A stretch of 64,000 nucleotides of DNA, from assembly GCA_963693365.1 (NCBI GenBank), contig CAVNZM010000016.1, positions 1,681,538 to 1,745,537 of the forward strand. Direction: 5' to 3'. A program made the position numbers and the translations under genes. Positions 1 to 30,247 of the stretch are shown here, in pieces. How positions within the stretch are numbered: the first letter of the stretch is position 1; each line of letters begins with the position of its first letter. This DNA comes from Amoebidium appalachense. Taxonomy: Eukaryota; Protista; Ichthyosporea. The notes beneath the pieces were generated by a model that ran no database searches, was not told where the DNA came from, and saw only the letters and a list, made by a program, of their open reading frames with translations.

Positions 1-312
1 GCACACACACACACACCCTTCCCACCCCCCCCCCCCCCCCAAAAAAAAAAAAAAAAACACGTGCGCGCACACACACACACACACGTGCACAGGCACGCGT
101 GCGCGTGGATAATGGGCTGTGCTTGTTGCGCAGGCTCCCTTGCTTATGTTTTCAATTCGTGCTCTATAACAAATTCCAACCCCTCCCGCCCCTCCTCCTC
201 CCCCCATTTCCCTGCTCAAAGAAAAGAAGAAAACATTTTCCACCTCGATTTCCACGGTTACCACTGAATGCACGTGTGTGCGCACACTGATGGGTAATCA
301 TGCGCTAGCGCG

Positions 313-379
<67 letters not shown>

Positions 380-383
380 GACG

Positions 384-424
<41 letters not shown>

Positions 425-426
<2 letters not shown>

Positions 427-798
427 TGACTGGCCCAGCCTAGTGCAGCAGGTGTTCACCGCAAACGGGCGGCCTGCAGCACTCCAGTTTGCCAGCCTGG
501 TTGGGGAGACCTTTGCAACCGATTCGGGTCTCCACCAATCACTGGCCACGACACTGTCGATTGTGCCGGCCCCTAACCAATCAGCTCTCAGCGCCATAAG
601 AGAGGCAGCACAGCATGAAGGTGAGATGGGTTTCCATTCCTCCTCTTCTTCCCCCCCCCCCCCCCTCCCCCAAACCAACCCACCCATCCACCCCCCACAC
701 ACACACACACACGCACGCACGCACTCACACACACATACACCCACTCACCTTGTGTTGTCCGTTGTGAGTGTGTAGGTTGTGCTCTGTAACACATTCTT

Positions 799-830
<32 letters not shown>

Positions 831-857
831 TTCTTCTCGCCCCCAGGGGTGGACTAG
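425..857 (+). CDS. Last two coding exons (425-620, 847-857) of an unidentified gene that begins upstream of the window
   Basis: (CA)n-CAG acceptor, then an open non-repetitive exon VDWPSLVQQVFTANGRPAALQFASLVGETF...AAQHE, donor G|gtgag, acceptor ccccag and in-phase G-V-D-TAG. No family recognised. Confidence 0.6.
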
Positions 858-1128
858 CTGTCATCATGCACCTCCCTGTTCTCTGTTTCCTGATTTGCTT
901 GCCTATTTGACTGCCCCTTGTCTTTGTGCATGACTAACTTCTATGCCACCATGGTAGGCAAAAATGAGTGTGTGTGGAAGAGGACGGGGTGGTGGCCGGA
1001 TTAATAATAGTCAAGGGGTGGCATGCATTCAAATCATGTTCTATCAAACCCCAACCCCCTTCCTTCTCCTCCTCTCTCTTTCTCTCCCTCCCTCCCTCCC
1101 TGCCCCTGTCTCTCTTTTCCCTCTCCCC

Positions 1129-1166
<38 letters not shown>

Positions 1167-1659
1167 CCCCTCTCTCTCTCTCCTCCCTCCGCCCCATCCC
1201 CCTCCTCCTTCCCTTCCCTCTGCCTCTTGGTCGGCCCACCCACCCACAGACACGGGCGCGCGCGCGCGCGCACACACACACACACACTCTCTCTCTCTCT
1301 CTTTCTCTCTCCAATCCACAGCCGTTGCTCACACCTTGTCTCGTTTTGCTCAACTGGTTTCTTTCGGGATAAGTTTAGAGTAATCAGTGTGAGGTTTGTC
1401 CATGTTTGCCTCACACACACAATCATGCAATGGGGGTAGGGGTGGGTGTTTTCTTTCTTTCTTTCTTTCTTTCATTCCTTTTTTTTTTTTTTTTTTTTTT
1501 TGGGTGTGTGTGTGGGGGGGTTTTTTTTTGGGTGTGTGTGTGGGGCGGAGGGGGGGTTGGGGTGGGGGGGGGGGGGGGGGGGGGGGGGCCTGCTTGGTGA
1601 ATGGGATGGGGATGGATGTGGAGGTGTTTCGTGTACATTTGGGTGGGGTTGTTTTTTTG

Positions 1660-1696
<37 letters not shown>

Positions 1697-2709
1697 GAGG
1701 GTTGCAGCAGCTGCTAATATGGGGTTTTTTTTGTATAGGGGGGATGTCAGCTGACGCAGGTGCTGACAATATGGAATTGGGTGAGGAGGGGAGTGACTCG
1801 GACGATTTGGACCAATAGGACACTGCACCCATTCACTGTATGTCACGTGACTCGTGGAGGCCTTTCTTTTACCGAGATTTGTAGTGTGACCTATGTTGTC
1901 AATTTGAACATGCTGAATGCGGCGGCCCCCGCCTAAGATCCAGGTTGGCCCGGTGTATGGAGACTGAGTTTTTTATAAGGAAAAGTAGCATCTAGCTATG
2001 CTGAGATGGTCATTAAGTCTGTATTGTAACTGTATGTTTGGCCTGGTAGTGCGTGCGAGAGGCACATGTGTGCGTGTGTGTGTGCGTGCATGTGCGCGTG
2101 CGTGCATGCGCTTGTGTTAGTTTGTGAGTTGGGGATGGCCAGTTAAGGGATCTTTGATTGGAACCCGCGTATAATACTTAATTTCATTTGAAATAGGAAG
2201 TTTTGTAAAAACAGAGAAGTGCAGTTCTCTTTTGCCGGCTTTACTCTATTTGCGTAGGCGGCTGTTTGTAGTATGTACGAAGGTGCTCCTGTCACCGTGT
2301 TACGGGTGATATGCAGAAGTATAGGAGAACGTCGAGGGGTGTATGCATACAAGACCACTTTTCTTTCTGTATGTACTCCCAACACAACCTCGTGCAGGCA
2401 TGTAGTTATATGCAACTTGTCAGAGAGCAAGGGCAACAGCCTTGCATGTACTTCTCCAGCTTTTGTGAATTGTTTGTTAAACTCTGTGACTCTGTGTGTT
2501 TCTTATCCATCGTGATAACGTTGGCAAGGTCCGTCGGCATCTCGTTCTTTTTTGGACGTGCAAGCACTGGCATGCATAATATTATATATGTGGGTCCGAC
2601 TATTCATCCGATAAAAAATTCGTGGTGGTTGCAGTGTCTACCGACTAAAGTGGACATTTGATATTTAAATCGATCCAAGAAGGCGTGGGGCGAAGGGGGA
2701 GGGAGAATG

Positions 2710-2740
<31 letters not shown>

Positions 2741-2952
2741 ATTGGTTCCGTGGTATTACCAGTCTTAAAAGCTTAGCAGCTGCTTTGCCTGTACAGGCAA
2801 ACTAGCATTGCCAATCTATGGCCGCCCAACCTTTTGGGTATTAGCCCAACAAAATGAGAAAGTTTCGCAGTTAGAATTCAATGGCCCAAGTGAATTTTGG
2901 ATTTTCAGCTGGCAGCCGTGATCGGTACTAATAATCAACCGGTGGGGGTGGT

Positions 2953-3000
<48 letters not shown>

Positions 3001-3287
3001 CGCACATGCACGTTCGCTCGGTGCGCAGATGTGTGTGTTGTGTCACCACGGTGAGCATGTGGGGGAAGGGGGGGAACTGGGTTGTATACTGTACTGATTG
3101 CTCCCCCCGGTCCAGCACCCTAGCCCGCTGCCCCCTCCCCCCTCCGGATCCCCCCCCCCGCAAATTCGAATAGAGCAATTGCATCATTGCATGCTCCTTC
3201 TCCACAGTGACTCCCCCCGACCTAGGGCCGGCCCCCTCAGAGTACGTGGCAATTTTTTAAATGAGCCATATATAGCTTCAGATATCC

Positions 3288-3321
<34 letters not shown>

Positions 3322-4720
3322 CGCCTTTTTGGCAGGAGACATTGCAAGCGCACAGGCACGTGCGTACACGTGCACATGTACACTGTGGTCGGCCTTTAAA
3401 AAAAAATTATTTGGCCCAATGGTGTACAATGGAGTGATGCAGAACAACGTTAACGAAGCAAATAGATCTCACAATGCAGATAAACTCGAATTACACCGTC
3501 CAGCAGAGTACTCAGTCTGAGTCTTCAGTAGCTGCAATTGTCTCAACAACATTGCTTACCGCTGGCCCAGGGGCTGGCAAGGGGGCAGCAGCTGTTGTAG
3601 CCTGAGTTCCAGTAGTCAGAATTACGAAATCATGATCAATTGCAACCACTGCAAACACAGTGACTGATCACAGTTACTTAAAAGTTTTCAGCTACTGGGT
3701 TGTGGGGCCATTGCTTCCTTGCAAGTGACTTGCATCTATCTGCAATGGTGTCCGCCCAGGTGAGCCGAGGGCTGCAACTTGATATGTAGCAGGAAGGGTT
3801 TGGATTTGTGACCGGCAGGATTCAATTGTGGGATATGTACAAGATGCTGAAATTCTCGAGGAAACAATTTGCATGCCCGGGCTGTGGCTTTCGATCATGT
3901 CCCTGCTGAGACGTGCACGTACATGACACGGGGAGTCACAGTAGATATAAAAGTCAAAAGGGGGGGAGAATGATTAATGTGCTGTTTTTTATCGACATTC
4001 GTACATATGCATGTGAGGTGTGATGAGATGGTGCCACCAAGGCCAACAGTACTTTCACACTCAGTGACAGATAGAAAGCTTCGTACGCGTAACAGGTATA
4101 TGTAAGTGGTTCACCAGAGCAACCCAGATTTTCAGAAAATGATTACTATATATACATTAGTCGTGATGAAACAAGAGTGCATCGTCGCCGGATTGTGAAC
4201 CATTTTAAACCGACTAAAGCTGCCGTTTGGCCATAATGCTCCCCTAGCCACATTCGGACATAAAATCATTGTTACCGTGCCGAAATCACGTTCATGGAAC
4301 ATGCAGCTCGGATCACTAATGGACCACAGCCAACTAGATTTACTAACCACCACTAGTAAGCAGCCCCCCTCCTCCCCCCAGGGCCCTCCCTCCCCCCCCT
4401 CCCCCCCCCCCCCCCCCCCCCCCCACCCCAACCCCCCTGGTTTTCCTGGTTGTTCCCCACCCTTCTGCCACCCCACCCACCACAAAACCCATTCAGCCGA
4501 AGCAGTCAAAGGTTGTGAAACTTAAAACCAGCGAATTTCTTTTTTGTCTGATGAACTGCTTGCCACGTATCCATCCCACCCGTGCACATATGGCACCTGG
4601 TCCACTCTACGCCACAGTCAGTAGCCCCCTTGTCCCAGACACTAGCCCCCCCCCTCCACCCCCCCCCCCCCCCAACCCCCCCCCCCCCCTTTTTTTTTCT
4701 CCCTGGCTGTTCTTTGTAAG

Positions 4721-5652
4721 GCTCTGGATCGGAGGGCAGCTGCGAAGCGCTGGGCAACTCTACTACCACATCAACGAGGGCACGGCCAAAGTCGTAAAAC
4801 GTCAAAAGCTGCAGGTGAGCGTGAGTGGGGTCCTACATAGATGGACACGAGTAGATGATATTGCATTTGGGGGGGGGGGGGGGGGGGGAGGGGGGGAGGA
4901 GGGGGGGGGGGGGGGGGGGGGGCGACGTTTTCGGAGGGCAAATGTGAACTGGTGATGTATATGGGTGGGTGCTAGTGGGTGACAACGGCTATTGATTGTG
5001 GATTATAACTAGAACTTGTACGTTTGTGTGGGGGCTGACAAAGGGAAAGCCTGAGGGTTTCTTGATGCATGGGCCACCATGTGGCACGCGTGATTTGATA
5101 GTGTGTGTGCGTGCGTGTGTGCGTGCGAGAGTGAATGTGTGCGTGCACTTGTGCACCTGTGCACGATGGCGCAAGTGGCCCCCTTTGGGGGGGGGGGGGG
5201 GGGGGGGAGGGGGGGGGAGGGGGGGGGGGGGGGGGGGGGGAGGGAGGGGGGCTGTCGGATGAATTCAACACGTCACTGACGGATTTTGTTGCAGGGCGGG
5301 GTGCAAAACGGGCAGGTGGGTGTAGTTGTGGCCGTGGGCAGCCAGCAGCAGTCAAACACCAACCCAAGTTTAGTGTGTGCGGCGGCAGCGGCAACTGTGG
5401 CCATTCATATAAGACAAAACGCCCGTGTGCCAAGCAAGGTGCTGGTTGTACCACACTGTGTGATTGTGGCGACAAGTGTTGCAATGAAAACGGCCAGCGC
5501 CCTCGGACGGATTCAACAGCTAAGCGGGGCAAACGGAAGTCATTGCTTGCGCCCGTTCCTTCTGGCCCAGCACAAAAAAGGATTAGGATGGCACCAACCA
5601 TCACCACCACCAACACCACGGCGCTTCAGTATTATGCATCCAAAAACGAGCA
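4721..5652 (+). pseudogene. Fragmented or degenerate gene with a Cys-rich CXC (tesmin/TSO1-like) motif; possibly a DNA-transposon-derived remnant
   Basis: Exon-like block ~5260-5652 encodes CSCG...C....C.....RPCAKQGAGCTTLCDCGDKCCN and ends at CAG|gtgcg. A second exon-like block ~4721-4814 ends at CAG|gtgag. The block between them (~4975-5085) has in-frame stops. Confidence 0.35.
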
Positions 5653-5739
5653 GGTGCGTAGCAGGATGTGTATATGGGTGTCTTTGTTTTCGTTTTTTCT
5701 TCTTCTTTTCTTTTTCTTTTTCTTTTTCTTTTTTTCTTT

Positions 5740-5797
<58 letters not shown>

Positions 5798-5860
5798 TGT
5801 GGGCTTGGGGAACCGGTATGTGTCGACGTATATGCTTGGGGGAGGGGGAAGGGGGGGAGA

Positions 5861-5908
<48 letters not shown>

Positions 5909-6591
5909 GGGGGGGGGATGGGGGGCAGAAGGGAGGGGTAGCAGAAGGAGGCACGTGAGCAGAAACATCTACCGCATAATCACATTTGGTCAGTAGCTAC
6001 CATCCTGCAAGCCCTCGTTTTTGCCCCTTCACTCCCCACCCATTTCACACACGCACGCACACACGCAAGCACGTGCGCGCGCCCACCCACCCACACGCAC
6101 GCACGCTTAATAATTTCCGGCCTGTTTAGGTACAGTAGTCTTGTGTTTTTCTGTAGGAATTCAGCTCTATGCTGAATATCGACAAAAAGTCGACCCCAGC
6201 TTCCAGTTGCATTAATGCCCCCCCCCCCCCCCCCCCCCCCCCCCCGTTTAGGGGGACAATATGTCGAGTTTTTTTGGCTGCACAAAACATGCTAGAAACT
6301 CAACAAAACACGAAAACGTGTTATTCATATTACTATGCTATCATGGCCATTGAGCAAAAAAACTAGCAGCGAAATCCCCACTGACACGATTACCTCGACC
6401 TTCAGCGCAACTTGGCATTAAATTTTCGGAATCCCGGTGCAAAAATCGCCTGTGACACCACCCGAGACCACTCTCTCAGCAGCAGGCTCCCTGAGACTTG
6501 CTCTTTCCTTCTCCTCCCGTCCCCTCCCTCTTCGAATCCTCCCCCTCCCCTAGTCTTTTCCCCATCCCCTTTCCCCGGGCCCCTTCTTGCT

Positions 6592-6623
<32 letters not shown>

Positions 6624-6770
6624 TTCCAAAAACAAAAACAAAAAACAAAAAAAAACACTCACACAACCAGTAATGCCCGTGGCACCCGTTGCCCCCACAA
6701 CAATACACCGGCCACCGTGGTATAGACACCTATTCTCTCTCTCTCTCTCTCTCTCCCCCTCTCCCCCTCT

Positions 6771-6825
<55 letters not shown>

Positions 6826-6853
6826 CCCCCCCCCCCCCCCCCCCCCCCCCTCA

Positions 6854-6886
<33 letters not shown>

Positions 6887-7279
6887 CCCCCCCCCCCCCC
6901 CCCCCCCCCCCCCTACCCCCCTCCCCCCCCTTCCCCCCTCAAAACATACACAGTGTCACCCCACACCGGCACCACTGCGACACACGTGTGTACACATATA
7001 GCCCATTCACTTGCAAAAACTTTAAAATTTAAATTTTTTAAAAAGGAATAAAAAAAAAAGAACAAGCCACCTCCCCCTCCCTGTTACACTCCCACCATGA
7101 CACACACACACACACACACACACCCCACACACACAGACCTTCACATTGAAAGCAGAATAATGCTGCATATGCATCTTCTCGAATTTCACACTGGCTGCGT
7201 GCATGAGCAGATTTACTCGGCCAATATGGTTGAGCCCGGGCGTGTGTGTGTGTACATGTGTGTGTGTGCACATGTGTTT

Positions 7280-7332
<53 letters not shown>

Positions 7333-7826
7333 GCACAGGGGGTGGGGGGAGGGGGAGAGAGGAAATTTTTGGAAGATATGCATATGCGATCATTCCAATC
7401 GGAATCGCATTTGGGCTTGAATCAACATGACACTTCTGAGTTAGGCAAGCTGCTATACATTTCCATGGTGACTTTCAGCTATGGTAATGGTTGGGCGGCC
7501 ATATATGCTTAAGACTCCAAATTGTGCAAATCGGCTACAAACGGGCCACTTACAAATGCCAGCACGGACGCTTCACTTGAAGTTGCACAGGCTTTAAAGT
7601 TTCGACCGTGAACGTGCCGGGGATGGCCGCCCAGGTGAGCAGGGCTGGATCATGCCATCCTAATCATCCAAAAAATTTAAAATTGATTGTGGGACAAAAC
7701 AACTCATCAATGACATGGCTCGATGATTGTACCGGGCAGCATTTAAGATTAGTTTGTGGGGCCCAAGTCCTCCCACCCACACACGCGCACACATGTCCAC
7801 ACACACACACACACACACACACACCG

Positions 7827-7911
<85 letters not shown>

Positions 7912-8186
7912 GTGGCCAACCCCCTCGGGGTAAATAACTGTTACACAATTGTAAGGAAGGCACGATCACAACATGGCATAGCAAGTTTTTAGTAGACGTT
8001 GACTGAGAATTAGTATTCGTAACCGAGTACAAGTATACGGTATAAATCATGATCTTCCGGACAATCCAAACTGGCCCAAGATTGAGATTACATAAAAACC
8101 AGGATTTCAGCCTTTTCCCCCTTTTCTTAAGCTCTCTTTTCTTTTCTTTTCTCTTTTCTTTTTCTTTTTTTTCTTTTTTTTTTTTT

Positions 8187-8253
<67 letters not shown>

Positions 8254-9115
8254 ACCTGGAGCACCAGGGCCAGTGACCCTACATCCGGTGCACGTGACAG
8301 ATACGCCAGCCTGAGGCCAGAACCTCCACCACAATAGGCACACTATTGTAAAATGGCACCGTGATTAATTTGAGTCTTATTAGTTATTACTCAAGGACTT
8401 TATATCCCCTTCTAATCAGCCCCAGCGGCCCCATGGAAGCTACAACCTTCATTTTTAAATTACAGTCTTGAAGTTCCACCACGGAAAAGGCCCGCCGGCA
8501 TGGTGTGTCCTCCTGCAGCTATTAGCGATTTGCTAAATCTTAGTAAACGGTTTGTCACTGCTGCATCATATGTCGCTGTGGATTTTGGACACGGTACCGG
8601 TGTACGGGCGTGTTCCCCTGCACATATCCTAGGCCTGAATGGGTGTCACAGAGTGCCATGAGCCAGGTGAATGTGCCATCAACATGATCAACGTTCCTCT
8701 AACCCCAATACAGTCACGCCTGCAGGCTAAAACAACCCTTCGTTTCCCCCCTCGCGGGTTGTTCTATATAAAGGTAGGTCTATCGTAGGCCATTGCGCAA
8801 ACGTAGTAGTATGATAGTTGGAAAGCCACCATGGCCGGCTAGCAACTGCCAGATGGAGGTATAGAGTGATCAAGAAAAACACAATTTTTCTTGAAAGAGG
8901 AAAAAAAAGGGGAGGAAGCCCCATGAGCACACCGCACGCAGCTAACATTTAAATGGATAGCATTCGCTCATGTGCCTGCTCCAGCACGGGCTGGGCTGTC
9001 ACTACACTGCATAAGCACCACTGGCTACATGGAGACAGTGCTTTGCGATAAATAAAGAAGAAAAAGAAGGATGGCGAGGTCGGGGATCGAATGTTTTTTT
9101 TTTCTTTTTTTTTCT

Positions 9116-9163
<48 letters not shown>

Positions 9164-9797
9164 GCAGGGGTTGCTCTATCTAAGGGTAGTTTCAATACAG
9201 GGTTGTTCTATCCCAGGCGGTACTGTACGGCTTGCACTGGAAGGGGATGTGTACGTAGGAGGGTAGGGTAGGGTAGGATAGGTGTGTATGTATGTGTGTG
9301 TGTGTGTTGGGGCGGGGCGAGCGGGCGGCGGCGGAGGGAGGGAGGGGGGAGAATGCAGAAAGCAGGAAGCACAGAAGCGTATGCATGTAAAACGACTTGC
9401 ACAGAGCCAGCCATCCGTCTGGTTGAACATATCCCTCTACAACAGATGGGCCCCGGCTGAGCGTGTGCATGAATGCATGGCGTATTCTGTGGACGGCCCA
9501 GGGATTCATACGCAGGGGTTTTAAGTCCACGTTTAAGCTCACCAATATGCTCTTGATGGCAATTTATTCATCGAACATCGCAAACCTGTTGCTGGACAAT
9601 GTGATATACACAGTGTGCTATGTGTCTGTGTGCATACTCGCAAAAGGGCCACATTGTGGCCGGTCATACATTTACATACGGGACAATATTCACACCGCCA
9701 CGCAGCCCTCCTTCGCACGGCACGGCCTGTGACTGGCTGCTAGTCACGTGGCAAGTTGGGCGCTGGCTGCTTATTGGTTGGGGGTCATGCCTGGAAT

Positions 9798-12033
9798 TTA
9801 CTTGGAGAAGATACCGAGGAGGTCGCTGTCCCTGAAGAGCTGGTACTCCTGTGGTGGTCGGGCGAATGTGTGTATTAGTAGACTGGTAGTGACTAAATGA
9901 CAGTTTTTTTAAGCATTGGCGGGGGGGGGGGGGGGGGGGGGGGGGGGATGCAAAGAGATGGCGGCCGCCATAATGAGCCCTGCCAAGGTGGGTAGGTGGG
10001 GGGGGGGGGGGGGGGGGGGGGGGGGTTTGAATGCGGAACACAGTACGAAGTACGCATACACGATGAGAAGCATGGTGCAGGACACATGCAAAGGCAAACA
10101 TTCAAGTATGCAACATCAGCCGTGCGCACAGTATGCGTCATAAGCAGAGCCCATCCTCAGGGAGGGCCCAGGGGGGGGGGGGGGGGGGGGGGAATCGGGG
10201 GGAGGCAGAAAGAGAGACACAAAATTTGATGTAATGTAGTAAAGGCCCATCCACAACACGCATACTTTACTAGATAAACAAAAACGCGTGCTATTCCCAA
10301 GGAGAGCGAAGCTGCCCCACTGCCATACGAGACCCACCTTATCATCCAGCTTGATGGCGCTGCCGCCATACTCGGGCAGAAGGACGGTGTCGCCCACCTG
10401 CACGCTGATGGGGATAACCTCACCGGCCTAGTAGTGGGAACAGAGTGTCAGTATGGGTGAAAATTCAGTGTGGGACGGCCTAAGGGTGGGGAATGACAAT
10501 AAAAAAGGGTTGCACAAAGTCAAAAGCATGTTTGCATAAAGGGGGAAGGGTGTGGTTAGGTGTTTGAAGGGGCGAAAGGGAAGGGGGAGGGGGGGGGGGG
10601 GCAACGGGGAACAGAGGGTTCGAACGTGGGCACTGTTTCACAGGAGAATATTGAGCAAACAAGAGCACTGGAAGTTGGAGGGCTTGAGGACACCCCGGGG
10701 GGGGGGGGGGGGGGGACGGCAGTTCTCATATCAGATTGAAGACTGAATAAGTCAACACGGTCTTTTCAGACAGCAGTTGGACTATAAAAATAGTAATCAT
10801 CATTGAGAACATGGCACGCCCCCTCAAGGAGGAGACCAGTGCTTGAATACGGCCGGTGGGGTGGGGGCATGGGGAGGGGGGGGAAGAGAGGGGGGAGGAC
10901 AGAAATGAAGGGGGACGTGGGAAAGAAAAGGAGGCATTTTGATAGAAAGAAAGAAAGGGGAGGGTTGTTGAATTGTTACCTGAGTGCGGCCACCGGGGCC
11001 GACGGCAACGACTGTGCCCTCGTTTGCCCTGGACTGGGCCTTCTCGGGGAGGATCACACCACCCTTTGTCCTCTGTGAAGAAAAAGAGGGACCTTAGCAC
11101 CGATGCAAGTCGATCCGATGTGCAACCACAGGGGCACAGAGACGAGCAGACGAGAAGGGAAACAGAAGGGGTAGGTGGGGTTGCACGGGGTGTGGAGGAT
11201 ATGAAAGAACTGACACTACGAATGAAATGGTGCAAGCGAACGGGAATTAGAAAAGAAAACAAAGCTTTGAACGAAGAACTACGATTAAAACGCCTAGGTG
11301 GGGGACCGGGGACCGGAGAAGGGAGGGAGGGAGGGGGGGGGGGGGGGAAGAAAGGCTTACAAGCACAATGTAGAGGAAGACGATAGCTACCGAGTGACAC
11401 ACACGAGTGGTGGAATTAGTTGTGGTAGTACCACCACTCGTGGAATAGTTGTGGTGGTCGTTTTCAAGGGGGAGGGGAGGGGGGGGGGGGGGAGCAGGTG
11501 ATGAATAAGCCGAAGGGATACCCACTGTCTCAGCAGCCACGCGCTGGATGAGGACCCGGTCGAACAGAGGGCGGAAGCGAGCAACGGCAGACTGCAGGAA
11601 AGGCTTGTTAGGAGGTGTTTTATTCCTTATGTCATCATCCCCCTTCCTCCCCTTCGGCCCACCATCACAGCATGGCCACACCCTCAGTTCCCTGCAACAA
11701 CCCCTTCCCCCCCCCCCCTCCCCTTCCCCCAACCCCTTATCCACACACGAAAGCGCCCCTCCTGCCCCTCCTCTAAGTAAATCCTAATCAACTCTTTATG
11801 CTCCCACTACCTTTGCATCTATTAAATATTGCACTCCCTCACCTCCCACATTCCTTCTCATTTACACACAACCCACCAACGTGCACACACTACAACTCCA
11901 TCTCTCCCACCCTTCTTTTCTGAGCACACAGCCTCCACAACCCCATGCGCATCGAGACGACCACTGCTGGCCATAAAACTACATAAAGGTCGTCAGTGAA
12001 CAGAAACAGTAAAAGGGTCAAGAATCGTACCAT
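9798..12033 (-). CDS. HSP10: Mitochondrial 10 kDa co-chaperonin (GroES family), 5 exons: 12031-12033, 11526-11591, 10980-11072, 10338-10427, 9798-9848; 100 aa
   Basis: GT-AG introns join in phase to give M-SAVARFRPLFDRVLIQRVAAET-RTKGGVILPEKAQSRANEGTVVAVGPGGRTQ-AGEVIPISVQVGDTVLLPEYGGSAIKLDDK-EYQLFRDSDLLGIFSK*, with the classic PLFDRV, TKGG.LP, VVAVGPG and VGD.VL.PEYGG motifs. Confidence 0.97.
10026..10165 (-). repeat. Dispersed intronic repeat family A, copy in HSP10 intron 4
   Basis: Sense-strand CCCTGAGGATGGGCTCTGCTTAT...GTACTTCGTACT...GCATTCAAA-polyC; closely similar to the copy at 60255-60397. Confidence 0.8.
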
Positions 12034-20247
<8,214 letters not shown>

Positions 20248-21632
20248 ATGATTGTATATAGTAACTGTGTACATGTGTGTGTGTGTGTGGTGGGATAGTG
20301 TTTGGAATGCTTGTTGGCTTGCGTGTTGTGGAAACATGCAGCGGGGCTGGCAAGTGGGTGAATGTGGTTAATGAGAGAATGTGAACTTGAACACACGTGG
20401 CATAGATCACTTGCAAGCATTCACCATAAAACACATACATATGTAGGCACACAACACCCATACACCGTCGTTTATATCACAACATATAAGACGTGCGAAT
20501 GGCCATGTGTTTTAAACGACAAGCTAACACACCCATATACCCTCCCTGTCGCACACCCGTTTTACGGGAATATTTTTAGAGCTAATTCTGTCAGCCTTAA
20601 CGTGTTGATTGGGTGGGTGCTATGGGGACTTTGAATGTGGCGGTATTCTGATTGTAATTTCTGGTGCGGGGGCTCCCGGCTGGGTCTCCGGGGGCCGGCT
20701 CCCCGTCTCTGTGCATGTCTGGCGCGGGCGTGCTGTGCTGATAAAGTATATGATGACTCAATGATGTGAAAGTTACCACTGCGGGGCCCAGCAAATGCTG
20801 CATACCAATCCCTCTCCTCTCCTCTCCTCCCCCTTTCCCCTCCCCCCAATAGTGCACACACAAAAAGACAAAGTGCAATGATCCCGCCATGCATTTCATT
20901 CCCTTGCCCCCCCCCCCCCCCAAAAAAAAAAAAACAAAAAAAACCACCACCACCACACGCACACACACACATGTACACCGTGACCACACCCACACAAACT
21001 GCACACCCATGGTTCACCCTCCATGACCACAAGGCCACACGGTGCGACCTACTCCTAAATGCAACGTGCCGGCAATTGCAACGAGCTCGAGCTCAGCACA
21101 CGTGTACACACGCATCAACAGTATTAATATTCCGACCTGCGGCATGTAAGTATATTCCGTGCCTGTCTATGTGGTGTGTGTGTAGCTTGTGCTGACACAA
21201 GAGTAACAATCGTCAGAAGAGCCAATTCCAATTTTTCTTTTCTGGGCATTTTTATTGACTACGTACTCCTGGCTTATACGACATAAAATTTCGCACCCAG
21301 AGCTGCACTATTATGAATATTGTGCCCGCTTGCACGGTGTATTGACGTATATAATATAGTTGGTCACATAAGGGCACACACAGTGTTTATGCAGTCACTT
21401 GGAGAGAGATTGGTATGTAGCCGCACGTGTGATACAATTCGAAAACGATGCTATTACTGACAGTAGCTAACCTCTATGCCTAAGGATATCGATATGCATT
21501 TTCTTTTTCGTAATGCTCTAGATCTAGGTATGACTGCAGGTTGTAAAACTTGGTGCATATCTGCATCCGTTTAACAAACCTTCAAGACATTCGATGTCCT
21601 AAATATGTTATCTGTGTATACTAGTACTATCG

Positions 21633-21700
21633 AGAGCCCGAATGATCGAAGTAACTACACCATCTAAGAGCCCGATTGATCGAAGTAACTACACTATCTA
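21633..21700. repeat. Tandem duplication of a 34-bp unit
   Basis: AGAGCCCGA(A/T)TGATCGAAGTAACTACAC(C/T)ATCTA occurs twice. Confidence 0.9.
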
Positions 21701-21932
21701 AACGCTTCATAGTAGAAATATCCCATGTCAACAATATCGTATCCTATTGCATGCTAATTTCAATCAACATCCTAAACCCAACAAAGCCGTGCATAATCTA
21801 TAAACTACCACCGTATATACACGAGCTTGCATACGCAGTGTGCACCACTTAGCTAGTATCATCAACGCACAAACCTGACGTATAGGCCAAGACCTAGTGT
21901 AGCGTAAAAACGTAGATTTGGTGTTGAAATTT

Positions 21933-30247
<8,315 letters not shown>

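Noticed and set aside
2143-3900. Short non-repetitive ORFs at 2143-2660 and 3690-3900
   Set aside because: Stops in all frames and no recognisable domain; possibly decayed element sequence, but this cannot be supported.
21633-21700. 34-bp repeat of CRISPR-like length
   Set aside because: Only two adjacent copies, no spacers, no cas genes and a eukaryotic context. Similar simple duplications occur at ~15328-15372, ~30385-30420 and ~39618-39670.
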